NCBI GenBank assembly: GCA_030753015.1
Contig: JASMDC010000025.1
Location: forward strand, 1-50,562
From: Candidatus Undinarchaeales archaeon
GTDB lineage: Archaea; SpSt-1190; JASMDC01
Length of the DNA stretch: 50,562 bases
Direction of reading: 5' to 3'
Under the pieces are notes generated by a model. That model searched no databases and was not told the origin of the DNA. It worked only from the letters and a program-made list of their open reading frames with translations. Made by a program: the position numbers and the translations under genes. Every line of letters starts with the position of its first letter. Position 1 is the first letter of the stretch. This document shows, in pieces, positions 38,009-48,500 of this stretch.

Positions 38009-41000
38009 CTAGAATCCGCCCTGGAGCACGTACACGAGTGTGAGCAGGAAGGCGACGACGAACGCCAGGGCAAGGATGAGCTTGATGTTCCGGGTCCGCG
38101 CCTCGGCGATCATCTCATCGCTCGTGCAGTTCCGGCACCGCTCCTCGGTGCGCACCAGATCTCGCCGGAGCACGACCGCGTGCTCGTCGCACACTTGCTT
38201 CCCGCAGTTGGGGCAGTCATGGATGTGGTCGGGACAGAACACCTTGTCACAGTAGGTGCACTTGTGCCCGTCAGCGTGCTCGGAGCTCACGTGCTTGTCG
38301 CAGCCCTCGGTGGTGCATGCCACGGCGTGCTCATTGCAGAGGGGCTTCCCGCCCGCCGCGCATTCGATGGAGCACATGGGACAGGTCACCATCTGGCATA
38401 CCGAGCAGGGGACCTCGTCGATCCTCTCGCTCAGCACGCTCTCGCACTGGGGACAGGTCCAACTGTGCTCCTTGCAGATGACCTCGCCGGATGCGGCGCA
38501 GTTGATGGCATGGTCGGGGCACAGGAGCTCGCCGCACACCGAGCAGCTCGATCCATGCTCGGTGCACACCACGTGCTGGCAGATCTTGCACGAACGCTCC
38601 CCGACATGTTCCGGGCACACCGCACGTGAGCATCCCTCGACTATACATGGGGTCGAGTGCCCTTCACAGAGCGCCACCTGGCACACGTCGCACCGGAGCG
38701 TGTGCTCCTCGCACAGCAGTTCACCGCCCTCGATGCATACGGCGCCTGGGGCCTCTGTAGTGAGGTCAACGGTGCACCCCGCATGTTCGCAGGGTCCGGC
38801 CGAGCCCGCACCGTCGACAGTGTACGTGACCGTCACCTCACGCGAGCCCTTGGGATAACCTATCTCGGTGTCCACGACGATCGTTCTCGGTATCCAGACT
38901 ACACGCGGCTCGGAGACGGCGACGCTGTCCGGGTCCACACGCAGCTCAAGGCTCTTGAGCTCCCGGTCGAGCGTCTGAGTGAACTGCTTCTCGACCAGCT
39001 GCTTCTCCCGTGCGATGGCGGCCGCTTCCCGCTCCTGCTTCTTGTCCAGCATGGCGATGGTCTTCTCGGCGGCCGAGATCTTCGCCTTGATGTCGGCGAT
39101 GCGCCGCTTGCGCGAGGAGATGCTTGTGTTGAGCTGGGTGATCGGCTTGCCCTCCTTCTTCTTGGCCGCCTTCTGGGACTCCAGGTCCTTGACCTCCCCT
39201 TCCAGGGAGGCGATGTCGGTGCGGTAGCGCTGGATGTCGCCCTCGGCCTTCTCCTTCTTGTAAGCTGTTTCATCCTCGAGCTTGGCCTGCTTCTCGTCCA
39301 CCCTGCTGGTCTTCCCCTCGAGATCGAGGGCGAAGTGGTCCTTCAGCGATTCCCGGACCTCATCGGCGTCCATGGAGAACATGTTGGTCTTGGGAGAATA
39401 GTAGATAATGCCGGACAGTTCCTCCGCGGCCGTTCTCTGGGCGGCCTTTAGCAGCTCCCGGTGTTTCGCGGCGGGCTCGAATTTCTCCAGAGCGTGCTCA
39501 GCTCCCGACGCGATGGCCTTCATACCGTCCGCGAAGGTCGAACCGGTGTACTCCGAGCCGTCGACGCCCTCGAATAGTACGTCGGGACCAGCCGCTGACA
39601 TGTCGGCTGTCACCTGCCATTCCTGGTCAGCACGGAACGCTTCGATGATTCCGGGTAGCTTTTTCTCCACGGAGCAGGAAAGGGATGCGGCCAGGAGGGG
39701 AGTGGCACGGACCGTGACGCGCTTAGCCCTTGCCATGACCTCCTCCAGAGGGAAGGTGGCCAGCAGACCATCAGTGGTCACTTTAGGGTCCAGGAGGCTC
39801 TCACCCAGTCCGGGGAGCGAGACGGCCTTCTTCCGTTTCGTAGGTTCAGCTGCAGCGACCTCCTCCTTCGTCTTCTCGAACGGCGCGGCGAGCAGCTGGA
39901 TCTCCTCTGGGTTCAACGGTCCACGGTGGTAGGTCAGCAGCCATCGGGGCTGGACGAACAAGGGCTCACCACGGTCGGGATTGTGGAAGAAGAACTGCCT
40001 CGTCTTCAGCACAGCGAGCTGGTCGGCGAGCTCGGTGACCGGAATATCCATTCCGAGGGCGACCTTCTCCACGTCGCGCTTGGTCTTGAGGTTCCCCACG
40101 AAGCGGTTGTTGATGTTGGAGAGCGCCATGTAGTCGATGTCGCCCGGGTTCTGGGTGGCGAAGATGCAGCCCAGGCCGAAGGCACGCGCCTGCTTGATCA
40201 GTAGCCTGAGCCCCTTCTTCGAAGGAGGGTTCTTGGGATCGGATGGGAGGTACCCGGCGATCTCGTCGAAGTACAGGAGGTAGCGCAGGTTCTGCGTGCC
40301 ACCCTGCTTGAGCAGCCACTTGTAGAGCTCTTGGGTCAGCATACCGACGAAGAACTGGCGCTCGGACTCCTCGGTGATCCACCGAAGGTCCATGACGGTG
40401 ATGGGTGTCCTCTCACCACGGGCGAAGATGCGGTCGAAGTTAAGCGGCTCGCCCACGAACCATGCCTTCAGGCCCGGGAGCGTGAGCACCAGATTGAGCT
40501 TGGAGGCGAGTTCCGAGCGCTCCTTCTCGTTGATGAACTGGTCCACGGTGAGCGAGCCCATCTCCTCGAAGGGAGGGCTCATGACCTGGTTGATCAGCGC
40601 ACCGAGGTCCGGTGAGGAGCCCTTCTCCCACTCGTGGAGAAGGCACTGGGAGAGGAAGGACAGCTCCTTCTTTGCCGAGTCGCTATACCCCACGAGCTTG
40701 AGGAGGGAGAGCATGGTGGACTCGATCATGTCCAGCGCGAGCGTCGGGTCCGCGTTCATGAGCTCGTTGAACCTGGGTGGGGGTTCCATGCGCGGTGAGA
40801 TGGAGACCTCTAGACCGGTGGTGCTCTTGGGTGTGTAGATGCGCACCTCGGTGGTCTCCTTGAGCTGGCGGATCTGCTCGGCGGTGTAGTCGAACTGCGC
40901 CAGGGACTCCAGGTACCGCTCTCCCATCTTCCGGGAGTACTCGTCAGGATCCATCCCGGCGTTCTCGGCCTCGGTGTCGGACCACGGCCGGAAGTCCAGC

Positions 41001-41212
41001 TCGGGGAAGGCCAGCGCCAGTCCGCCGATGTCGCCCTTGGGATCGATGGCGAGGGTAGGGACGCGGGTGAGCGCTGCCTCCTCGATGAGCGTCTTGCACA
41101 TCACGGTCTTGCCCGAGCCCGTGGCGCCGAGGACCACGCCGTGCTTGAGCAGGAGGTCGCTGTTGAGAGTGAAACGCTGTCCGTCGCTGGTCGTACCTAT
41201 GTTGAGCTCCAT
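38009..41212 (-). CDS. HerA/DUF87-like ATPase fused to coiled coil, Zn-finger array and C-terminal TM anchor
   Basis: GATGSGKT, IDPKGD, YFDEI, KQARAFGLGCIFATQNP; about 12 C-x2-C-x4-C-x2-H units; hydrophobic tail; start at MELNIG (41212). Confidence 0.88.
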   Translation of the reverse strand: MELNIGTTSDGQRFTLNSDLLLKHGVVLGATGSGKTVMCKTLIEEAALTRVPTLAIDPKGDIGGLALAFPELDFRPWSDTEAENAGMDPDEYSRKMGERYLESLAQFDYTAEQIRQLKETTEVRIYTPKSTTGLEVSISPRMEPPPRFNELMNADPTLALDMIESTMLSLLKLVGYSDSAKKELSFLSQCLLHEWEKGSSPDLGALINQVMSPPFEEMGSLTVDQFINEKERSELASKLNLVLTLPGLKAWFVGEPLNFDRIFARGERTPITVMDLRWITEESERQFFVGMLTQELYKWLLKQGGTQNLRYLLYFDEIAGYLPSDPKNPPSKKGLRLLIKQARAFGLGCIFATQNPGDIDYMALSNINNRFVGNLKTKRDVEKVALGMDIPVTELADQLAVLKTRQFFFHNPDRGEPLFVQPRWLLTYHRGPLNPEEIQLLAAPFEKTKEEVAAAEPTKRKKAVSLPGLGESLLDPKVTTDGLLATFPLEEVMARAKRVTVRATPLLAASLSCSVEKKLPGIIEAFRADQEWQVTADMSAAGPDVLFEGVDGSEYTGSTFADGMKAIASGAEHALEKFEPAAKHRELLKAAQRTAAEELSGIIYYSPKTNMFSMDADEVRESLKDHFALDLEGKTSRVDEKQAKLEDETAYKKEKAEGDIQRYRTDIASLEGEVKDLESQKAAKKKEGKPITQLNTSISSRKRRIADIKAKISAAEKTIAMLDKKQEREAAAIAREKQLVEKQFTQTLDRELKSLELRVDPDSVAVSEPRVVWIPRTIVVDTEIGYPKGSREVTVTYTVDGAGSAGPCEHAGCTVDLTTEAPGAVCIEGGELLCEEHTLRCDVCQVALCEGHSTPCIVEGCSRAVCPEHVGERSCKICQHVVCTEHGSSCSVCGELLCPDHAINCAASGEVICKEHSWTCPQCESVLSERIDEVPCSVCQMVTCPMCSIECAAGGKPLCNEHAVACTTEGCDKHVSSEHADGHKCTYCDKVFCPDHIHDCPNCGKQVCDEHAVVLRRDLVRTEERCRNCTSDEMIAEARTRNIKLILALAFVVAFLLTLVYVLQGGF

Positions 41213-41305
41213 GGAGAGTATCCCCCGAACTGGACAATCGAGCATATCAATAAAAATCCACGGTCGGCGCATTGAAGGCCGACAGGGAGGTCTACACGTC
41301 GTCGT

Positions 41306-41332
41306 CGAAATACCTATTTAAACCATCCACCG
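41306..41332 (+). promoter_or_regulatory. BRE/TATA promoter of surface protein 1
   Basis: CGAAATACCTATTTAAACCATCCACCG; TATA box begins 30 nt before ATG 41345. Confidence 0.75.
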
Positions 41333-41344
41333 CTTGGAAGTACA

Positions 41345-44300
41345 ATGGGAAGGCATACACTTCGAGTTATTATCTTGTTCCTGTTCGCTCTCGCGTTCGT
41401 TGGAGTGGGCGCGGACTGCACAACGGACGCAGACTGTCCTTCGAACCTGGTCTGTAAAGAGGGCAGTTGTTACTTCGGTGGAAAGGGCTGCTGCCTGCAC
41501 ATGGGGGCGGACGACCACTGCGAATACCTGAACCACTGGAACTGCAATACGGGATGGTTCATCTTGTCGAGCTGCGAGGCCCAGGCCCATGTGTGCTCTA
41601 CGGCCACTCCCACTCCGACACCTACCCCGCCCGCTGACGAGTGCACCAACAATGACGACTGTCCTTCGAACCTTGTCTGCCACGATGGTGGATGCTACTT
41701 CGGTTCCAAGGGCTGCTGCCTGCACATGGGGGCGGACGACCACTGCGAGTACCTGGACCACTGGGAATGCGATACGGGATGGTTCATTCTGTCGAGCTGT
41801 GAGTCCCAGGCCCATGTGTGCTCTACACCCTCTCCGGTCTCCACTCCCACACCTTCATCGCTCGACGCGCTAATCCTCGCAACGACAATCAACTATCCCG
41901 ACGCCATTGTTGCTGGCGCGGCCGCTCAGAAGATGGGTGTCCCTGTACTCCTCACACCGCCCGATGTTCTTTCTGAAGACGTGGATACTTTCATCAAGGA
42001 GGAGAAGCCCCAGAAGATAATCCTCCTCGGCGGGACTGCGGTCATCGGGAGCGCCATCGAGGGGAACCTTACGACCGACGGTTACGATACCGTGCGTCTG
42101 TGGGGGATGACCCGATTCGGCACCGCAGCCGAACTGGCCCAGCACGCGTGGGACGCCGGTGCTGACGAGGCAGTTGTGGTGAACGATCGCATCGAAGATG
42201 GAGGAAGTGATGAGCACACTCAGCTGGTGATGGCAAAGGAACTGGCCGCAGCCCGGACACAGCCCATCCTCCTCACATCCAACGAGGAACTGCCCCCTGC
42301 TACCAAGGAGGCGCTTGAGGAGCTCGGCGTCAAGAAGGTGACGCTCGTAGGCACCCGGTTCGAGGAATCCGTGCTCACCGCGCTCCGAGAGCTCGGGATT
42401 CATCTTGAGGTGGTCACTGGCGAGACGGTGGAGGAGGTGAACGAGAAGCTTCAAGAGGAGGTCGTGGATGTGCTACGGGAAAACGTTCCTGGAGGACAGC
42501 TCACACGCCTCGTTGTCCTGGCCGCAGGCACTGATTACAGGGCATCCATCTCACTCCCGGCAAGCGACGAGGCCACGGCGTCCATGATCCTTCTAGACGC
42601 GGACCAGGTCCCGAAGGTCATCGACTTCATCGGGAAACACGGTATCAAGGAAGTGACGGTCATCGGTGTGCCCAGGATCACCTCTGCAGTAGTCGCCCAG
42701 CTCCTTATGGTAGAAGGCGTCCAGGTGAGCGCCCTCTCGACCAAAGCCATCGAGAAGGGCCTCATCGATCACATCAAGGAGCGGCGCGATAACTGGAGGA
42801 AGCAACGAGGGGAAAGCCTGAACCGTCGTGAGAAGGAGCTTGCAGAGCATGGTCACGAGCTCAAGAAACGGACGGAGCGTGCCGTTGAGAAGTCACAGAA
42901 GATAATCACCGAGGTCACCGCGGCCCTTGAGGAGATCACGTCAGTGGATCTCCCTGGCGAGCTCATCCAGATCGTCGTGATGTTCGAAAGCAAGCTGGAC
43001 AAGGCCCGACAGCTGGTAGATCAGGCCCATGATATCGTCGAGGGCGCTGGTGGTGATGGTCGGGCGTACGCCGAGGCCCTCCGGCTCCTGAAGAAAGCGG
43101 AGGGTGTGGCCCGTGAGGCTAAGTACAAGGGTATGAAGATGATCGCTGAGTTCGAGCGGCGTCAGATGGAGTCCCTCCGACGACAGAAAGAGTATGAGGC
43201 CGAGCGTTTGCGAAAGGAGCGTGATGCCATGGCCGATGAGTTCCTTGGCGATATGGATATCAAGGAGAACCTGCGCGATAGGATCCTTTCGAAGAGGGAG
43301 CATCTTGCAGATGTTCGCGAGCGCGTCAAGGAGGACCGCGGCCGTGGTCAGCCCGGAAAGCGCAGGTTCGGTCCATCCCTTGAAGGTAAGGAAATCGGTC
43401 CGCGTTTCGACAAGGACCGGTTCCGCAAGAAGGACCTCTCGAAGCGCAGGTTCGGCAAGGACCTCTCTCTGCGTGGCGCCGATCCGTGCAAGCGGTGCAT
43501 CTCGAAGTGCGGAGATGAGGAGCAAGGTCCCGAGTGCGCGTTCATCTGTGCCGACACCTGCGGGAAGAGCCCGTGCGACCTGTGCAACGAGTACTGTCCT
43601 GAGGAGATCGACGATCCCAGGATGTGCCCGATCATCTGCGGCGAGGTCTGCCGGATGGCTGACGAGGTTGCCGATTTCCGTGGTTTCAAGTCACCCCGAT
43701 CCGAGGATGGACGTGAGTCGAGCGGCCTGACATGCTGCCAGCCGGACCGGGGCGCGTCCACGCCCGCCTGCATCGTCGACCTGGGCCAGCCGTGCCCCAA
43801 TAGGTACCGTCCCCTCGAGGACGAGTGGGTGGACCCCTTCAATGATGGCAACTGCATCGGAGACAAGGGCGATCGCGGTCCTCGGTGCGAAGAGTTCGAC
43901 CTGAGCGACGCACCTTTCCCTGAGGATGGGGGACGGTACAGGGATGATTATCGGGATGAGGATCGGTTCATGGATGATGACCGATGGCTCCCGCCGCCCG
44001 ACCTCCCGCCGAAGCACAGGTCCGGAGACCTGTGCAGAGAGTGCGTGGACGAGTGCTTTGCCAAGGGCGAGGATGGGGCCGAGTGCGGATTCATCTGTGA
44101 GCGCCCCTGTGGCGTCGATGCCTGTGACATCTGCGAGAAGGGGTGTCGTATCAATGACATCCCGCCAGCCGAATGCCATAACACTTGCCGGCCCGCGTGC
44201 GAGGAGCCGGAGGAGTTTGACTACGACGAAGGAAGCCAGTGCGATCGCTGTGTGGACGACTGCATGGAAGAGCTCGGCAACCTGGATGAGTGCAGCGGTA

Positions 44301-45295
44301 TCTGCGAGGATGCGTGCCACCGCGATCCGTGCTCCGTGTGCGAAGGTCAGTGTCCGCGTGTCCTGGATGACGCGAGTGAGTGCCACGACACATGCGGTAT
44401 GGTTTGCGGCCGGCCTCCGTCCGAGCCCGAAGGGCCCGACCCCATCACCCTCTGCCGTGACCAGTGCAAGGGGCAGAGGGACGCGGGGGCATGCATGCAG
44501 TTCTGTATAAGGCGATGGGACAAAGAAGCCCGAGCCGGGCCAAGGTCCGGCCAGCTCCCCGAGAGCGGGCCCTCCGACGACACTGTCAGGTCTGCGTTGA
44601 TGAAGAGGACAGAAGCGGAGTTCCGCGGCTCGAACCGGGATGAGCGCGACACGGACCTCCGCGAGGACTTTGACGAGCGGTACACGTCCATCGGGTCCCG
44701 CTTCGGGAATGCTTCCGTGGCGCGGGGATGGCGCAACACCCTGGTCGGTCTCGACCTGGTGCGTCCGGGGGGCTATCAGCAGTGGACCAGCACAACAACG
44801 GAATACACGTATGACGTATATGGTAGGATCTCGGCGACGAGAGAGACCGTGACCAGCAACGAGAGCCCGGACAAGGTCGCCACCAGGACCACCTCCTTCA
44901 AATATGACTCCCTCGGTGAGGTGCTGGAGATCCGCGAGACCGTGACCGGTGGAACAGGCCAGAACGAGACAACTCTCACCGACATCCGTCGTGATGACGA
45001 GGGCCGTGTGACGGGATTCCAGTACACGGAAGGGACCGGTGAATTTACCGTCACCGGTATCAGCTACGATGATTATGGTGGCGAGGTAACGAGCTACCAT
45101 TTCGAGGATGCAACCGGTTCCGTTGATGTGGGCGAGATCGACATCACGGACATACGCTACGATGATGTTGGCCGAATGACGGGATATCGTCATACCGTGA
45201 TGCGCGCCGGGTCCACGTTGGAACGGATTTGCGGTGATGGCACGTGCACGCCGCCGTTCGAGAACGCGCGCTCGTGTCCGGTTGACTGCGGATAG
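41345..45295 (+). CDS. Giant secreted Cys-rich surface protein 1 (CWB2 repeats, coiled coil, Cys hairpins, YD-like repeats)
   Basis: Signal peptide; two Cys-rich repeats; CWB2 motifs NYPDAI..PVLLT..IILLGGTAVI, RLWGMTRFGT; YDxxG repeats; terminal CGDGTC..E..SCPVDC. Confidence 0.9.
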   Translation: MGRHTLRVIILFLFALAFVGVGADCTTDADCPSNLVCKEGSCYFGGKGCCLHMGADDHCEYLNHWNCNTGWFILSSCEAQAHVCSTATPTPTPTPPADECTNNDDCPSNLVCHDGGCYFGSKGCCLHMGADDHCEYLDHWECDTGWFILSSCESQAHVCSTPSPVSTPTPSSLDALILATTINYPDAIVAGAAAQKMGVPVLLTPPDVLSEDVDTFIKEEKPQKIILLGGTAVIGSAIEGNLTTDGYDTVRLWGMTRFGTAAELAQHAWDAGADEAVVVNDRIEDGGSDEHTQLVMAKELAAARTQPILLTSNEELPPATKEALEELGVKKVTLVGTRFEESVLTALRELGIHLEVVTGETVEEVNEKLQEEVVDVLRENVPGGQLTRLVVLAAGTDYRASISLPASDEATASMILLDADQVPKVIDFIGKHGIKEVTVIGVPRITSAVVAQLLMVEGVQVSALSTKAIEKGLIDHIKERRDNWRKQRGESLNRREKELAEHGHELKKRTERAVEKSQKIITEVTAALEEITSVDLPGELIQIVVMFESKLDKARQLVDQAHDIVEGAGGDGRAYAEALRLLKKAEGVAREAKYKGMKMIAEFERRQMESLRRQKEYEAERLRKERDAMADEFLGDMDIKENLRDRILSKREHLADVRERVKEDRGRGQPGKRRFGPSLEGKEIGPRFDKDRFRKKDLSKRRFGKDLSLRGADPCKRCISKCGDEEQGPECAFICADTCGKSPCDLCNEYCPEEIDDPRMCPIICGEVCRMADEVADFRGFKSPRSEDGRESSGLTCCQPDRGASTPACIVDLGQPCPNRYRPLEDEWVDPFNDGNCIGDKGDRGPRCEEFDLSDAPFPEDGGRYRDDYRDEDRFMDDDRWLPPPDLPPKHRSGDLCRECVDECFAKGEDGAECGFICERPCGVDACDICEKGCRINDIPPAECHNTCRPACEEPEEFDYDEGSQCDRCVDDCMEELGNLDECSGICEDACHRDPCSVCEGQCPRVLDDASECHDTCGMVCGRPPSEPEGPDPITLCRDQCKGQRDAGACMQFCIRRWDKEARAGPRSGQLPESGPSDDTVRSALMKRTEAEFRGSNRDERDTDLREDFDERYTSIGSRFGNASVARGWRNTLVGLDLVRPGGYQQWTSTTTEYTYDVYGRISATRETVTSNESPDKVATRTTSFKYDSLGEVLEIRETVTGGTGQNETTLTDIRRDDEGRVTGFQYTEGTGEFTVTGISYDDYGGEVTSYHFEDATGSVDVGEIDITDIRYDDVGRMTGYRHTVMRAGSTLERICGDGTCTPPFENARSCPVDCG
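41417..41826 (+). repeat. Two tandem 225-nt coding repeats
   Basis: Units start at 41417 and 41642 and share long identical tracts, e.g. AAGGGCTGCTGCCTGCACATGGGGGCGGACGACCACTGCGA. Confidence 0.9.
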
Positions 45296-45464
45296 TACGT
45301 GATCGGCCCATGATACGGTGACAGTCGTCAAGGATGATGGGGATTCCCCACCGGCGTCGTCGTTCTATCCAGAAAGAGGACGGCATGCTCGACGCCCGGC
45401 GATCTGACCGGTACCGACGGGAGTCGAAGCGGAACGGCCCCCGATGACCTCTTCTTTTCCGTCC

Positions 45465-45490
45465 CGAATACCTATTTAAACTATCCACCG
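45465..45490 (+). promoter_or_regulatory. BRE/TATA promoter of surface protein 2
   Basis: CGAATACCTATTTAAACTATCCACCG, near-copy of 41306-41332; TATA begins 31 nt before ATG 45504. Confidence 0.75.
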
Positions 45491-45503
45491 GAGATAGATG
45501 GGT

Positions 45504-48500
45504 ATGGGATCCATTTCAGCAAGAACGCTCATCACGACAATCCTGATAACCATGATGCTGGGATCCGCCCTGGACTGCACGGACAGTGACGGTGGCAAGA
45601 ACTACTATACGCAGGGCCACTTGATCGGCGAGATGGCGCAGCCTGGAGGCTCGACGTACCACCTTGACTCCTTCGACGCCTGTACGGACGCGACCCGTGT
45701 TTCCGAGTACTTCTGCTACGTTGAGGGTGGTGTCGAGTACGGCCTCTGGGAGACATATAACTGCGCCAACGAGGGCAAGTTCTGCGAGAATGGCGTGTGC
45801 GTCGATCCCGAGCCTCTCCCACCCTGCACCGACAGCGACGGCGGGAAGGATTACTACACGCAGGGCCATCTCGTTGGCGAGATGGAGCAACCCGGTGGTT
45901 CCACTTACCACCTTGACGGATTCGACACCTGCACTGACGCGACTCGTGTTTCTGAGTACTTCTGCTACATTGAAGGTGGCGTCGAGTACGGCATCTGGGA
46001 GACATATAACTGCGCTAACGAGGGCAAGTTCTGCGAGAATGGCGTGTGCGTCGATCCCGAGCCTCTCCCACCCTGCACCGACAGCGACGGCGGGAAGGAT
46101 TACTATACGCAGGGCCACTTGATCGGCGAGATGGCGCTGCCTGGATGCTCGTCGTACCACCTTGACTCCTTCTACGCCTGCACTGACGCGACCCGTGTTT
46201 CCGAGTACTTCTGCTACCTTGAAGGGGGCATCGAGTACGGCATCTGGGAGACGTACAACTGCGCCAATGAGGGGAAGATATGCGAGGAGGGGAAATGTGT
46301 CGCTGATCCCGAAGCGCAGGACGCTGAGCTCGAATGTACGGACAGAGACGGTGGCAAGGACTACTACGTGAAGGGCCATCTCGTTGGCGAGATGTCGCAG
46401 CCCGGCGGCTCGACTTACCACCTTGACGGGTTCGACGCCTGCACTGACGCGACCCGTGTTTCCGAGTACTTCTGTTACGTTGAGGGTGGTGTCGAGTACG
46501 GCCTCTGGGAGACATATAACTGCGCCAACGAGGGCAAGTTCTGCGAGAATGGCGTGTGCGTCGATCCCGAGCCTCTCCCACCCTGCACCGACAGCGACGG
46601 CGGGAAGGACTACTACACGAAGGGCCATCTCGTTGGTGAGATGGAGCAGCCCGGTGGTTCCACGTACCACCTTGACGGATTCGACGCCTGCACTGACGCG
46701 ACTCGTGTTTCCGAGTACTTCTGTTACGTGGAAGGGGGCATCGAGTACGGAATCTGGGAGACGTATAACTGCGCTAACGAGGGCAAGCTCTGCGAGGAAG
46801 GCGTGTGTGTCGATCCCGAGCCTCTCCCCCCTTGTACCGACAGCGACGGCGGGAAGGACTACTACGTGAAGGGCCACCTTGTCGGCGAGATGGAGCAGCC
46901 CGGCGGTTCCACGTACCACCTTGACGGGTTCGACGCCTGCACTGACGCGACCCGCGTTTCCGAGTACTTCTGCTACGTTGAGGGTGGTGTCGAGTACGGC
47001 ATCTGGGAGACGTATAACTGTGCCGACGAGGGAAAGGTCTGCGAGGATGGAAGCTGTATTCCCTCCGTCGAGGACACCCCGCCCTGCACGGACAGCGATG
47101 GTGGCAAGGACTACTACACAAAGGGTAATCTTATCGGCGAAATGGAGCAGCCCGGCGGCTCTACGTACCACCTTGACTCGTCCGACGCCTGCACGGACCC
47201 CACGCGCCTGTCAGAGTATTTCTGCTACGAGGAGGATGGGATCCAGTACGGCATCTGGGAGACGTATGACTGCGCTGACGAGGAGAAGTTGTGCGAGAAC
47301 GGCGTGTGCATCGAGCCTGACCAGGAGGACGAGGTCCAGCTCTGCCAGGACTCTGACGGTGGCAAGGACTACTACACAAAGGGTCATCTCGTCGGCGAGA
47401 TGGCGCAACCCGGCGGTTCGACATACCACCTTGACTCCTTCGACGCTTGCACCGATGCGACTCGCGTTTCCGAATACTTCTGCTACCTTGAGGGAGGCAT
47501 CGACTACGGCATCTGGGAGACGTACAACTGCGCGGACGAGGGCAAGTCCTGTGAGGACGGTGCGTGCGTTGTCCCGGCCCCTGCCGAGGGGACGCCTCCC
47601 TGCGCTGACAGCGACGGTGGGAAGGACTACTACACGAAGGGCCATCTCGTCGGCGAGATGGAGCAGCCCGGCGGTTCCACATATCACCTTGACTCGTCCG
47701 ATGCTTGCACGGACGCGACCCGTGTCTCCGAATACTTCTGCTACGTAGAAGGAGGTATCGAGTACGGCATCTGGGAGACGTACGACTGTGCCAACGAGGG
47801 GAAAGCATGCGAGGACGGTGTATGCGTTGTCCCGGCCCCTGCCGAAGGGACGCCTCCCTGCACCGACAGTGACGGCGGGAAGGACTACTACACGCAGGGC
47901 CATCTCGTCGGCGAGATGGCGCAGCCAGGAGGCTCAACATACCACCTTGACTCGTCCGACGCCTGCACGGACGCGACCCGCGTTTCAGAGTACTTCTGCT
48001 ACGTGGAAGGAGGTGTCGAGTACGGCATCTGGGAGACGCACGACTGTGCTGACGAGGGCAAGCTGTGCAATGACGGCGTGTGCGTCACCGATCCCGCAGC
48101 GCAGGGTGGCGAGCTTGAATGCACGGACAGCGACGGCGGGAAGGACTACTACGAGAAGGGTAATCTTGTCGGCGAGATGGCGCAGCCCGGGGGTTCCACG
48201 TACCACCTTGACTCGTCCGACGCCTGCACGGACGCGACTCGCGTTTCAGAGTACTTCTGCTACGTGGAAGGAGGTGTCGAGTACGGCATCTGGGAGACGT
48301 ACGATTGCGCCAACGAGGGGAAAGCATGCGAGGATGGTGCGTGTGTTGCCCCGGCCCCTGCCGAGGGGACGCCTCCCTGTACGGACAGCGACGGTGGGAA
48401 GGACTACTATGTGAAGGGCCAACTCGTTGGTGAGATGGAGCAGCCCGGCGGTTCCACGTACCACCTTGACTCGTCCGACGCTTGCACGGACGCGACCCGC

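Noticed and set aside
38126-38791. Multihaem cytochrome
   Set aside because: Motifs are CxxC-x4-CxxH, not CxxCH, and are predicted cytoplasmic.
43691-45331. 546-aa minus-strand ORF
   Set aside because: Antisense shadow of surface protein 1 in high-GC DNA.
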